DNA from: Bigelowiella natans CCMP2755
Lineage: Eukaryota; Protista; Cercozoa
Reading direction: 5' to 3'
Assembly (NCBI GenBank): GCA_000320545.1
Contig: ADNK01000064.1
Span: 1 to 43,051, forward strand
Length of the DNA: 43,051 bases
Shown here: one piece after another, positions 1 through 12,570 of the stretch
How the letters are laid out: the number at the start of each line of letters is the position of its first letter
Numbering within the stretch: position 1 is the first letter of the stretch
Program-made: the position numbers and the translations under genes
Notes under the pieces: model-generated
The model's input: the letters and a program-made list of their open reading frames with translations, nothing else
Databases searched by the model: none
Told to the model about the DNA's origin: nothing

Positions 1-720
1 ACGCAGAGCATGACTCTCATCCTAACCCTCATCCTGACCCTCATCCTGACTTTGATGCGGTCCTCACTTTGGCCGTGATTTCGACCCTGATCCTGATCCT
101 CGTTGCGGCCCTCAATTTGGCCGTGATTTTAACCCTGATCCTGACCCTTGTCGCAGCCCTGACTTGTTCTCCTCGTTTCACTCCTGGTCCCAATGCTGAT
201 CCCGGTGCTCATCCCAACCCTAACCCCAACCCTGGTCCAAACTCCTCACCAAAAACCGTGACTCTGACCCTAATCCCAGCCCTGACCCAAAACCCTCACC
301 ACTTTCCGTGAGTTTGGCCCTCACTGTTGCCCTGAAAAAAACCCTGGTCGATTTTTGCGACAAGTTTTCCTCACTTTGACCCTCACTTCGATCGTCACTT
401 TGGTCGTCACTTTGGTCGTGGCCCAGGAGAAAACCCCCACTCTCCAGCTCAAGTCAGGGTTTCGTTTCATCACTTCGATTCATTTTGGCAGTCAATTGGT
501 TTCGCAATCTGTTTTTGGTTTTCGCACGCTGCGCACGTTGAAGGAGAAGGTCCTTTGACCCTCACTTCGACCGTCACTTTGGTCGTCACTTTGGTCGTGG
601 CCCAGGAGAAAACCCTGACCCTGACCCTGACCCCAACCCCTTGCCCCAACCCAACCCAAAAGCTGGGCCAAACCCAAACCCCTTGGTGCAAACCCTGACC
701 AAAACCTTGACCCCAAAAAA
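1..720 (+). repeat. Degenerate telomere-like (CCCTAA-type) hexamer array, probably subtelomeric
   Basis: 6-bp periodic C-rich units: CCCTAA at 218 and 268, (CCCTGA)3 at 613-630, many CCCTCA/TCCTGA/CCCCAA variants. The C-rich strand is on +, as expected at a left chromosome end. ORFs here translate as PNPNPN/LTLILT/RVRVRV artefacts. Confidence 0.65.
374..615 (+). repeat. 63-bp direct repeat, two copies (374-436 and 553-615)
   Basis: CTTTGACCCTCACTTCGA(T/C)CGTCACTTTGGTCGTCACTTTGGTCGTGGCCCAGGAGAAAACCC occurs twice with one mismatch. Confidence 0.9.
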
Positions 721-815
721 TGACTCTCCCATTGGCACGAATGCTTGGAATTGCGCGTGCACAGCAAAAAGTGATGAAAATGCTGAAAGCACTGTTCAAA
801 CGAGTCCAGGAGTGT

Positions 816-890
816 CAAAATGTCGACATTTTGCTGCATGTCCAGATGTGACCATCACTTGGTGCGTGGTCACATGCAGCAAAATGTCGA
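816..890. repeat. Inverted repeat/hairpin overlapping an 18-bp palindrome
   Basis: TCGACATTTTGCTGCATG (823-840) is the exact reverse complement of CATGCAGCAAAATGTCGA (873-890). Inner arms ATGTGACCA/TGGTCACAT. CAAAATGTCGACATTTTG (816-833) is a perfect palindrome. Confidence 0.9.
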
Positions 891-1427
891 AATTTTGTGT
901 GTTCCCCCTTGCTGCACACTGAGAATTTTCACAAATGATCAAACTCAATTGAGCCAAATTGAAGTGCGCAATGACAGCTGCGATGCACGTTGAGCAAAAT
1001 GTTGTCGAAAAACATCATCCAGTTTTTGAGACAGCTCACTTTTTGTGTCGATGTTGCACGTTTGAGCAAGATGTGAAGGTGCTGGAAAAAACATGACTAG
1101 GTTTTGGTCAGCTCTCACTAGACCGAGCTGTGATGCGCTTCTTCGTGCATGCTGCACCGTGTCACATGCCTGCGTCGATCTGTGGTGCATGCATGGCCAT
1201 GCTAGCATGGGAGCTGCCGTGAATCACTGACTAGACACGAAACCGCAGCATCGCATCGTCAGTTGCTAATTGTGCAGTAGAGCTAGAGCATGATGACAAA
1301 AGGCATCATCGCGCATCGCCTTCGTGCATGATACAATCCATACGCATTGGACACTTTCGCTAAAATCTAGCAATCTACTTGTGTGCTCATTCTGTCATCT
1401 TCTTAATTGACTCTACTTGCACAAGAG

Positions 1428-3798
1428 TCAAGCACACACAGTTGCCTCATAGAAGAGAAGATATGCTTGCTGACGCATCATCTCCTCTTTTGATACCTGC
1501 ATTACTCGAGAATCATCCAAAAGAAAGCAATTATTGCCATGCTTTACGTATGCGGTGTAATGTCCGCCATTGAGCTGAGAACCAATGTGGACAATGAGGG
1601 ACTTTAGCTCGAATTCCCTGGCAACATTCGTTCCATATAAAGCTTTGCTTGGAAGCTTCAATTTCTCGGAATACGCTATAAACTTGTCCAATTTCCCTCC
1701 ACAACCTTGCATCTGCTTGAAATTGAATCTCTTTAGATGCAGAACTAAGGCGAGTGGCGGAGCAATAGAGACATACTGGGAAGCATGAACCTGATGAAAG
1801 AAATTGTCAAGTGATAGTTCATTCACTAACATAAAACAAAAACGACATGAAGGGGGTAATTCATATTCTTCTTAGCAAAAGATTGCGTTACTAGAGCAAT
1901 GCTGTGAGGAAGAAAACCGAAATCATGCAGCCACACAAAGTGACCTTGTTGCCATTGGAGGATCGAAGTCCCTGTATTTCATCTGGAGACGAGAACATCT
2001 TGAATGCCTGCTCGACATTCTGTATGCCATCATCCTCTATGTCGAGATGTAACTCGTAGAATGGCTGCATGGACACAGTGTTTTTAAGACCACGTCTCCT
2101 AAGTTCCAATCTCATACTTCCTCCAAAGATACGACTAATGGGAGATTCTGACATTCGAATCTAATTAATTATCACAAGAAATTAACCCCAGTTTCAACAC
2201 ATATTAAAGCCATTGTACGAATTGACTTTGTACTAAGGATTATGGACTGCTGCTATTACATGATTACAATCAAAATACCTCATTACGAACGAGAGCACTC
2301 TTCCCATTCTTTCCTACCTCACTCCACCCTTCATCCTCATCTGATACCGCTGAAGTAAAATGCGACCGCCTCTTTTTATCAGCAATATTACAACTTTCAA
2401 GAAGTTGGAGCATCTCGTTGTGAAGTTCTTGTACAAGGAAATGGAAGAATTCCTGAAGTTAAAGAAGTTACAGTCATCGTTGTCACTGTATATCACAGTT
2501 TGAATGAACTCATAAAATATAAAAGTTAACTCCGTGATTTATTTGTCCAGTTTAAAAATTATAATTATCGTGAACAATCATCATGAAATTACTAGAACTA
2601 CCATCATTACGCTCATCATGTGACATCATACTCATACCGTGCTACCTGAGCATCCTCCTGTTGACCTAATTGTTTCCTTTGAAACGCTTCCAGTATTGGT
2701 GATAGTGTTGTCGGACTGCAAGCATCCTTTCTCAAATGGAAGCCAACGAAGTTCTCTATTGTCAATAAAACGGAAGCAATAGATTCAATGTAGCAGTCCG
2801 AATTTACGTGATTATGTACCTTTGTCATTCCCTAATTGCTTATTCCTTGGCTGCTGCTGCTTCTTCTTCCTCCCTCCCTCCTCTGCCACGTTATGGATCA
2901 TCATCTTCTTTTTTTTTCTCATTCTTCGGCGACAGGATTTCGAAACTTTGGAACCTACACCCTGTTTGATAGTAGGTAGTAGTAGTAGTAGTAGTAATAG
3001 TAGTAGTAGTAGTATTCGTACGCATGATGATACCAATTTCAGAAAGTTATTTTCTTGAAATTTCTAGGCCACTGTCTAACATGTAGAAGTATCTCAGACC
3101 TTCTCAGTAATCCTTTTGCTATCCCCGTCGTTACTGTTTGATTCACAACAGCTCCTTCCATGGACAGCTTCTCTGGTAGTTTCAGATGGCACAGAAGCCA
3201 AAGATGGTGTTTTGGTTTCGAAAGCTGTTGAAGATGCGTGCTTATGTTGCCACATTTGACGGTGAAAACCCGCGTACATTTTGAGGAATGATGCATGATC
3301 TTGGGGAAAATCTAAATGGCTTATGGAATGAAAGAGACGGAAAAAAGGACCAATCGATGATAAACTCTGTATAACTGCATTTCTGAAACAATGGTTGTGC
3401 GAATTTTCTAGACCCCGGAGGGGTACTTTAGTTGTCTGGGGGGATTTGAGCATCCATGCCTCACTCACGAATAGATCGCCTGCAATCATTGAAGACATGA
3501 GTCAATCGTTGAACAAAATGAATCTCATAACCCACTGACCAAGTTGAGGAAATGTGACGAGGTTTTTCCTCATTTCAACACCAGTTGTTTTCGTGTCGAG
3601 CATGATCTTGGAAAAATTTGGTTTCTCACTGCTCCCAATCTTCGTTGACCATACACTAGATTTCTTTTTGGACTTTAGTGTTGATTCCTGCATAGCCTTT
3701 GTTGCTTCTTCTCTTATTTTCGCTGGTCTCGTTGATGCCACCATGTCATCTCCCATTTTCGCCACATTGCTCTTGACAAGGGCAGCCCAAGACGACAT
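1428..3798 (-). CDS. Ubiquitin carboxyl-terminal hydrolase, USP10/Ubp3/UBP24-like (multi-exon)
   Basis: Start MSSWAALVK (SWASLF-like motif of USP10). Cys box GLENSHNHCFRNAVIQSL, QQEDAQ box, SPISRIFGG...QPFYELHLDI, LVLHLKRF, His box HIGSQLNGGHYTAYV and LLDDSRV...AYLLFY. GT-AG introns link the ORF pieces (e.g. 3539-3480). Confidence 0.85.
2977..3014 (+). repeat. (TAG)n microsatellite, intronic in the USP10-like gene
   Basis: Directly visible tandem TAG run with one TAA interruption. Confidence 0.9.
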
Positions 3799-4139
3799 AT
3801 TTTTTACACGTTCACTGCTGTTCGATGGTGTGCGTTACTGTGGGGGCAGCCCCTCTCCTCCAAGGTTTAGCCAACTATGAAAAGGGTTTGGGCTACGCAG
3901 AAATGAAGAACAGATGAGAAAGATCGACGAAATTTCCTGCAATGGAACCACCACCACGATCTTGTTACGATTTGGAATGACGACACTCGACGACTGACGA
4001 CAGCTGATGATGAAATAGGAGAAGCAGTGCGGAAAAAAGAAGACAAAGAAGAAAAAGAAGAAGAAGAAGTGCACAGCTAATCGGAAAACATCCTACTTAT
4101 TTTGGTCTACATCATCAGATCCACGTGCGACAAAAAGAT

Positions 4140-4800
4140 GACCACACTTTCTTCCTCTCAAAAACTGGTCAATCCTCATTGTTTCATTCTTTGACGCTCC
4201 AGACTCCTCCAAAACCAAAATTCTGCTGGGGGCCCCCTCAGATGATCCAATCGTAGATCGTCGTGTGGACATGGCCTTCAGAAAGTTTTTGCTCAGAGTG
4301 GAGGTCTTGCGCCGTCAGAATTTTGCCGCTAGTGTCATTGCTTCTCAATGACCAAGTCATGCCATTTTGGCAAACCAGCTAGTTGATTTGCTAGTCACAG
4401 TCCTCACTGAAACCAGTTCGAGGCACTGCATTTTGCACACTGCAAGTGTCTTGCAACACTTTGGAAATGTAGTTCTTCATCATTGTTTCATTGTTTCTTG
4501 TTTCCACTGCATTTTGCACTCTGCAAATGTCTTGCAACACTTTGGAAATGTGGTTCTTCATCATTGTTTCATTGTTTCCATGTGGTTCTCTTGCATGTGG
4601 ATTTGATCAACGCTTTGTTCATTGTTCATTGTTCTCATTGTTCTCGTCGTCGCTTGGCTGCCAGTTGTGATGCATTCAATGTCAAGTTCGTGCCAATTTG
4701 CATGAACCCCGCTAGTTTGCCAGTCACACACACTCTTGTGTGCTGCCGTGGGTTCCGGTCGGGAGCTTGGAGCTGGTCAGGTGCACAGGACCAAAGTGCA
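4140..4800 (+). mobile_element. Possible highly decayed non-LTR (CRE-like) retrotransposon RT remnant
   Basis: Conceptual translation gives KILLGAP (4217-4237) and ASLPV...GFRS (4711-4760), loosely resembling the LGAPIG and QASLP..GGLG.RS motifs of CRE-type RTs. Interrupted by stops. Weak resemblance only. Confidence 0.2.
4424..4578 (+). repeat. Tandem duplication, 81-bp period (4424-4497 and 4505-4578)
   Basis: CACTGCATTTTGCAC(A/T)CTGCAA(G/A)TGTCTTGCAACACTTTGGAAATGT(A/G)GTTCTTCATCATTGTTTCATTGTTTC occurs twice with 3 mismatches. Confidence 0.92.
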
Positions 4801-5966
4801 CGAGGTTTTTCTCCTTGCACGGCACGCAAATGGCTGAACTTTGGGCAATGAAAGTGGAATTTCTCGAAAACCAGAACGAGGTGGAACACAAAACTGGCAT
4901 CACATCGATCCCGTGCACACGTGCGTTGCTCCTGGCCACGTGTGCGCACGTGTCGTGGCCCCGCTCGTCACATGCATGGTCCAATGTTGCACTGTTTGGG
5001 CAAGACGTGATCGTTTCAGCCGATGTGGCAAAAACCAAACGTTTTCAACTGGTCTGGTGGTCAAAACACGTGCATCCCAGCGTGGTCGTTCACAATGACC
5101 ACACGCATTGCCAGCAAGCGCTAGCGCGAAAGTGACGCGTGCACGCTGCGCTTGCACTTGCAACAAGCCAGCTCTGGAGCTGGCCAGTGCAGCTCAGTTG
5201 TTGCGTTTTTCGCCTGGCTAGCTGGTTGTGTAGCAAGCTCTCTGGCTCTGTGCGCGCTAGCTGGCCAGCGCGTGCAACGATCGACCACCTCCAGGTCGCG
5301 TCATCGCACGCATGTTGCTGTGCGATCGATCTGGTAGCGATGACAGCTGATCAAGCTGGTGGCTCCGCCAATGCATCGTGCACGCGATCGATGTCCAAAC
5401 GCACGTGGGCCACGTTCACACACCTGTGGACACGTTGCGCACGTCACTCGCATTGTCCAGATGCGATCATGCTTGCGAAAGGTGGAAGAGTCGAACATGG
5501 CCTCCAAAATGAAAAGCACAGAACTAGAGAATGGAAGCAACGCACGTGTGCATGATGGTCATGTGTGCTACACGTGTCAACACACGCTAGTGCATGTGCA
5601 CCGTGCATGCAGCGCACACACATGCATCACGATGTGCTGTGCCCATGGTGCACAAATTGAAGGGCACACCGTTCCCTTTTTGTTTTCAACGCGTTTTGAT
5701 GTCGAAATCAGATTGATGCAAACTCTAGACGAACACAACTTCTTCCCTTCAGCTGGCATTCATCTTCATCATTGGATGTCATCCATGGCAATCACTACTT
5801 TCTTTTTGGGTTTGCTTTGGACTCACATGAACAAACAATGCATCAGCGGTGTCAAATGGAAAGAAACTTTACACATTCCGTCAGAGATTTCATACTCTTG
5901 GCACCATGCCTAATTACAACACAATTGACTATGAAAAACCTCTGCACCGATCTGCCTCGGAAAAAG

Positions 5967-7201
5967 TTAAACTAGATTTACCTGTACGTCAGTTTCTGTT
6001 TTTGTACCATGTGAGAGATAGCATAAAGAGCGACCAACAACCCAGTCCTCTCAACATCTAGCTCATTTTGTTCAGAAAACAACCTGAAATTGTTATTCAA
6101 AATCATATCTCATCTGTATGACGAGATTCAAAAAATATTGCAATGACCTTTGGATTGCTTCTTTAAAATATATGAACTTCGAAGGGTATCGAGCTGAGTT
6201 TAGTTGTTGATAATATGAGGAAGAATCCAGTATTTCTACAAGGCGAAATCATGACATCTAGAAAATGTTGAGTAGATTCTGAACAGTACCAATATTTTTC
6301 AGAATTTCTTCGGTTATAGGGGAAATGTCCACGGCTCCGATAAAACTTTGATTCTTTTCCTTTGTACACAACCAAATTGTTTTCGTTTCTACATGATCAA
6401 CATGACGAACTATCCCTTACTTATTTAAAACTAATACCTTGCTGTATCCCCTGATACTTTTTGAGACTAAACTTTCCATCTTCTCAACATACACAAATGC
6501 CAATCAAATTGAGCGAGTTGGCACGCATCAAGTATTCAAGATGACCTCAGCGTTATTTTTTTCCATGGCTGTCTTTTTAGTGTCATTCTGTTCTGCAAGT
6601 ACTCCTGCAGAAATTATAGTCAACTTTCTATATACATCCAATTTTCTACATAGAACAATGCACTTTCGGAAATCGATAATAATTTCCTGACCTGAAGGAT
6701 CGTGCGACGGCTTTTTATTTTCCTTTTCTCTGGCAATAGAACTCGATTCCGAATCTTGTTCCTCATTATTTTCCACCGTTTTCTTTACATATTGCAATGA
6801 CGAGTTGGTGACCTGGAAGTTGCAAAAAACACGGAGTCATTCAATATATCATTAGCACATCTTTAGGACAGCAGTAATTTCAGATGGACTAACAGGCCTT
6901 ACATGAAGATCTGCAGCTGAGAGAGAGAACGCAAGTGAGAGAATAGTAGGATGTATTTTCGATGAATAGTCCAGTTTGAGGAGATGACGGAACATATCGG
7001 AAAAACTATTGTGTCGTAAAGGTGGCATTTTAACACTTGTGGCACCGAGTATATTTGTGAAGACAATGAACATACATTATTTTGTACACAACTATCCCAC
7101 GATAAATGCGAAGTTGGGAGTATGAAAAAAACATACTTAAAAGATAGAGAGAAAGAAAGGAGAGGGAAGTAGTGAAAAAAATGAACGGAGAAATACTAGC
7201 T

Positions 7202-7259
<58 letters not shown>

Positions 7260-10200
7260 TGTGTGTGTGTGTGTGTTTGTGCAATATTTTACATTTCTTT
7301 TCAAGGTAAAAATTGAGTAACCTTTGAATAACTTTTGGGTTTGTTTCGCCTCCATTTTCAATGACAGAATTCCATTTGTAAACTATGAATTTAGATTTTA
7401 CTGAGTAATCTTTATTGCATTTCAGAAACTAAACAAACCATCTTTTATTGCCTCGCAAAGGACACCAGTTGCCCATTCTCCTGAAAGAGACTTTTATTTT
7501 GAAACAAGAGATATCGAGGTCGAAATAGTTACCCGCTTCTGTTCTTTCAATATGAAGTGCATACTGGTAGATGGCTTTGGATAGAGCTTGGACGTACTTT
7601 ACTTGAAAGTCTTGGGGAAAAAAAAAAGTATTGAGGGATACTTGTTAGATGAGACCATAAAATATAAGTGCTCCAAACTATTTGACAGATACATGTACAC
7701 CTGTGATATTACCTTGCGGAAGCAAGTGAATGCCTTCTTCTCTAAGAATTCTTGACCAACGAAGAATATGTGGCATTGGACAGCATGGATCACACATTCC
7801 AAGGTTTACCTGCAAATATCGCAAAACAAAGTACAAATTGAATCAGGAAAGACTGTAGCGACATCACGGAAGAAGTAGTGATACAATATCTCCTGCCAGA
7901 GCCGCTGCATATAGGAGAATCTCGTGAATAATTAGCTCGCTCTGTTTCTGAACAACACACGGTAGCTTCAGATTTGGCATCTCTCCCTTCCGCACACTCT
8001 CTATTTTTCTAGTGCCTTTATCATTTCTCTACAATTAAAACTTATTGCATTCCAAAAGGAATAGTAATGTCACAGGGTGTAAGAGCATTGCTTGTGCGTG
8101 CGTGCGTGCGTGCGTGCGTGTGTGTGCATGTTCATGCTCCATCATGCTTTTGATTTTCAGGATTAATTGATTTAACCAGTCCAGGTTTGGAAGCTTCCTC
8201 AAAAGAACGCCTTCGTTTGGATCTTTTCCTTTCATTGTCTCCCTTTTTGTGGTCAAACGAGCGCCCTGCGATAGCCTGAAAGGGAAAAACGATACCAAAT
8301 TGGTAGTCAAATGCAAAGAAATATAGAATAAAACTGCATCAATATGGTGCACAATTTATTTTCATCTTCCCGTGCGCCTTCTCATCTACTTCAAATTACC
8401 TCTGGAAGTACTATCTCGGTGATGAAGTCGAATGTTTTGGAGAGCTGGACCGGAACTTCTTCAGAATTTGTTCCCTCGTTACCGTCTGAAACAGAAATAA
8501 ATCAGCTTCCTTGTAACTCAGCTAAAATGCGACCCTACTCTCATCAGCGCGTTTACATTCCGCAGATTCTCCAAATCCAGAGCAACAAAATACCTTCAAT
8601 GCAAGCTTTAATTTCACAATTTTCAATTTTAAAACGAATTTTATTTTTTCAACCCGCAGGTCGCAGTGGCACTTGAAAGCAAGCACGAGTGCTTCCCTAT
8701 TCCAGATAAATACATATATAAATATATATATATTTATCAGATATCAAATTTCTAAGACAGACGTCTACATTCCTACCGAACAGAGTCAGAAGTACAAAGA
8801 TCCTTTTGGATTGATTCCTGTACGATACACATATATGAACGGAAACTAAACGTATGGATTCAGATGTTGCTCTGGTACTTGAATACAAATGACGCAAGCC
8901 GCAAGTGGTTCAGCAACAGTCTGTACAAGCTCCTCATCCTCCAAGAAGAGCTCTCTCGTTTTCTGTATCAACACTACTCAATATCACGTAATCAGAAATT
9001 GGAAAAAACTTTTACCTCATTCTTAAGAATATAATGGAGAAATTTAGCTGCAAGGGTAGGATCCAAAGGCTGCTCTTCGTCTCCGTTCTAAGTGAACAAG
9101 GGCCAATGCAAATTATTGTGTGGATCCACTTTCAACCTCCCTCCTCATATTTGACAAAATTTATATTTTACACGTGTAGCAAAGGGCTAGCGAGAGAGGA
9201 AAGAGGAGGGAGGAGGGAGGAGGGAGGAGAGTTCCAATCATTTCCAATAGTATTCATTTAACTCATTTGAAGAATGAATTCGTCTCGCAACCTCATCAGA
9301 TGCAGACAGAGACTCAGCTAAAGCCGCCAATGATTCCGCGATCAAGCACACCATTCCATGCTTTACAAATATAAGAAATTCAAAAGCGTTTAGATTGAAT
9401 GCCATTTTCACGTTTCCGATACAATGTCGTGAAGTTTTGACCTGCTGTCCCCACGTGAAAACACATTGGAGGAGATGTCCGTAGTCTTTTGACGAAGCAC
9501 ATTGCTCAAGACTTCCAAGCTTTTAGTGACAACACGCACGGGTATTAGAAATAAGAGAGTGATGCAGAGGAAGCACCTACCTGTTCTATGGAGGAACGTG
9601 TGAGTTTAGGAATACTATTTGCTGGCAGGAATGTGACGAACTTGTAGATTGCCGCATGAGATCCTTGAGACTGATTAACAAGCATCGGGGATAAATTTAC
9701 AAGTCTAGGAAAAATTTAGATTTAAGTACCAATTTCCCGTATTTTTCCAAAAGTAGACCAAGAGTCTTGTCATCGAAAATTTGCTCCAGATACTGTTGCA
9801 ACTTTGCCTGAAAAACTTTGTTTTAATTCCCAGTTTTGATCTTTTATCGAGAGATGAATACCTTCGATTTTTTCCTGAGCTTAGGTTCAACTCTTGTCCA
9901 GAGCTGGGCCATGCATAATAACAGGATCTCTGCTCTTTTGGCTGCTCGATTTGATAAAGGCGCCGTTTCCTTTGCATTATTTCTTGTTGCTGCTTTAATA
10001 GCCAATTCTTCTCTTTCATCATCCTTTTCGTCATCATTTAAGCCACCACCCTTGCCTTTCTTACTTTTTGATAGCTTCTTTGTGTCTATGTTCAGTTTTG
10101 CAGAAGTCAAAGCTTTGCACAGACTTGCGAGTAAATGACAGACAGCCTGACATATGACACGATTTTATATTTATGCATACTTGCAAAAATCTTCAACTCA

Positions 10201-12570
10201 CCTTAAGAGGAACAAATTGGTGGACATAAGCAAAGAAAACTTTTGCAGCAGCTGGAAACTCCGCAAGTTTTAAGACCCTCTCGACCTATTTTATCACAGA
10301 AACAATGTTGATGATGAATTCTTGATAGAAAATCTCAATTACCTGGATTTCTACGCTCTGGTTGAATGGAAAGTATGACGGTTGTAGAAGTCTGCGCATA
10401 ATTTAACGAGTGATATAAATCGTCGTTTCTAATTTGGAAAACTTTTGTACCGAACGAGAAGCTTTGCCACAGAGGATCCTACATAGAAACTTTTGGATGA
10501 GAAATAATGCTAACCATGAGGAGAATAGGATGTTTACCATCACATCCGAGCCTTACAAGAAGATCTTTCATTTCCACCACATCGAAGAACTTGATGCCTT
10601 TTAGTGAGCTCACCTTCTGTAGAAGCTCGATGTAGGCCTTGAGAGATGGTGTTGTACAAAATGCAGCAAAAGTGATTTTAGTGCTTAATCATGAAATATT
10701 AGAACGTACTTTTCGAACAGATTGCGCCGTGTCATGGAAAAGCTTCTTGGTGTGAGGCAGAACTGCCTTAAGAACCTTTTTCAAAGTTTCTTCGTAAGAA
10801 CGTGTCGTTGTGTGAGGTCAAATTTTGTTACTGGATGAGTTAGATGATTTTCCACCATAAATCGCAAGCCATCAACCTTTATTTCACCACACATATGTAT
10901 ATAAATTTTATTGTTGGTCGGCATAACTTTGAAAATTGTAAATTACAACTGCGAGACGAACAGAACTTGAAGATGCATCACATGCCATATCGTTAATAAT
11001 CTTCTTAAGGAGCTTGCCAGCCTCATCAGAAGGAAGGAGCTCCCAGTATAGACCTAGACCTCGGCAAACGGATTCTACAGCTGATGTTCGCACCACAGCA
11101 TCATCGTCGGCTAGGATTTCGTGCATCAGACCGCACTGAAATTGAATACTCTTTTCCACGTACTGTGCCTTCGATTCGGGGTCAGTAAGCGGAAATACTG
11201 ACGCAAATATTCTTGCCGCATTTCGACGGACTCGAATATTTGGGGCTTTAAGAGACCGAAAAAGGGTCGGCCCCCAAAGACGAAGAAGAAGGGCACCAGT
11301 GTCAGCTTGCCTGGATGACAGCATTTTCAACAGCACCTGGGAATTTCGTGCTGTTTGTTTGTCCTTTCCATATAGGGCTAGCGCGACAATATCTTGGAGA
11401 CAATTCTTCTCAATCCTAGCATGCAACGAATTTCGCTCGGCTTCTTTAAGATCTTTTGGGGATCCTTTGAATGCTAGCTCAGTTTCTCTCCAAACTTGCT
11501 CGGCTTGTTTCCACGCTTGATAATACACCAAACCATAGGCACGGAGTTGCGAATCCGTCGCAAACGGAATCTGAGACTTGATGGTTGAATGGAGGGGTTG
11601 CATCATTCGGTCATGGAGCGAAAATAAAGAAGCTAGAAAAAGTATGCCCTGGGTTGAAGCCTTCGAACGGAGATATAAAGGGGACATAGCACACCGTAGC
11701 AGAAAATTTCTTACGGTATTAATGGAGTCATCTTCAAAATCAAGAAGAGATAGCGCGTCTCGAATCTTACAGTGAATCACACATTTTTTCAACACAATGT
11801 CCACTTTCAATGGTAAAAAAAATTACCTTATAGATTCGCTTAAGATCAGAAGCTGTTGCATCGTGTTCGAGGGTTCGAGCCAGTAGATAGGGAATCACCT
11901 GCCAATGTTTCGAATTAGTGAAATGAAAATTTTATGATCTAAATTTGTAACTTACATTGGGCATATATTCGTCACCACCCATATCATTCGAATACCAAAC
12001 TTCACACAGTCTAGAGATCGCATTTTGTAGTTTGCTGGCGGTTTCAGTCCGTAAATTATAGAGAACCTACAGGGGTTCGGTTGAATTCCTAGCAATGACA
12101 GTTTTGTTAAAAAATTACCTCATTAAGCGCGCTTGTGATCTCTCTCATTTGATCCATCTGCTTGCAGCCAGCCAAAACTCCATTTTCAACACAAGTGACA
12201 GCAGCTAACAGGAACCTGACGTCTGCCTTCAAGGCAATTGTCTCTTCCTCACCGTCTATCTCGCTAGCATTTATCCTTTCAGTAACCCTCTCAGAAAGAA
12301 GACTCCAGAATTCGTCGCGGATTTTCACAGGAAGTTTTGATTTGAGGAAGTGCTGAAGGCGTTTTTCACCTCCGTCCGAGACAATAGAGGACACCAAAGA
12401 TGCAAATGATTTCTTCTCCTCTGAACACATTAATGAGTTGAATCTCCGGTAGTGAAAATATTGATAGAATTACCTGTTTGCGCAGCGCCAATTTTGCCTA
12501 CAGCTTGCAAAGGTTGGGGTTTCCCTTTTTGAAGAGCTTCAATGAGAAGACTGGCTGTCTTCGAGGCCAT
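5967..12570 (-). CDS. NCAPG2: Condensin II non-SMC subunit G2 (HEAT-repeat), many introns
   Basis: LDFEDDSINTVRNFLLRC...GILFLASLF, YGLVYYQAWKQA, LLLRLWGPTLFRSLKAPNIRVRRNAARIFASVFPLTDP and spliced VENHLTHP/VLKAVLP..LFHD...VRK/AYIELLQK..GIKFFDVVEMKDLL match CAP-G2 family motifs. Likely start MASKTASLL at 12570. The 3' exons (5967-9700) are joined by splice logic and are less certain. Confidence 0.8.
7205..7276 (+). repeat. Compound (AT)n-(GT)n microsatellite, intronic
   Basis: AT run 7205-7256 followed by a GT run to 7276. Confidence 0.95.

Larger units (their letters stand above)
4080..5850. other. Intergenic island rich in TGCA/CACGTG/GCTAGC (alternating purine-pyrimidine), possibly decayed repeat DNA
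   Basis: Composition differs visibly from the flanking genes. Many overlapping Cys/His/Thr/Val-rich ORFs in all frames with no clear protein family. Confidence 0.55.

Noticed and set aside
69-922. Several ORFs (LTLILT, PNPNPN, RVRVRV, GQGQG)
   Set aside because: They are translations of the hexamer repeat in different frames, with no domain content.
4367-5913. Cys/His-rich ORFs, including an HNH/zinc-finger-like HDGHVCYTC
   Set aside because: TG/CA-rich DNA automatically yields C, H, T, V and A in all six frames. No complete motif is present.
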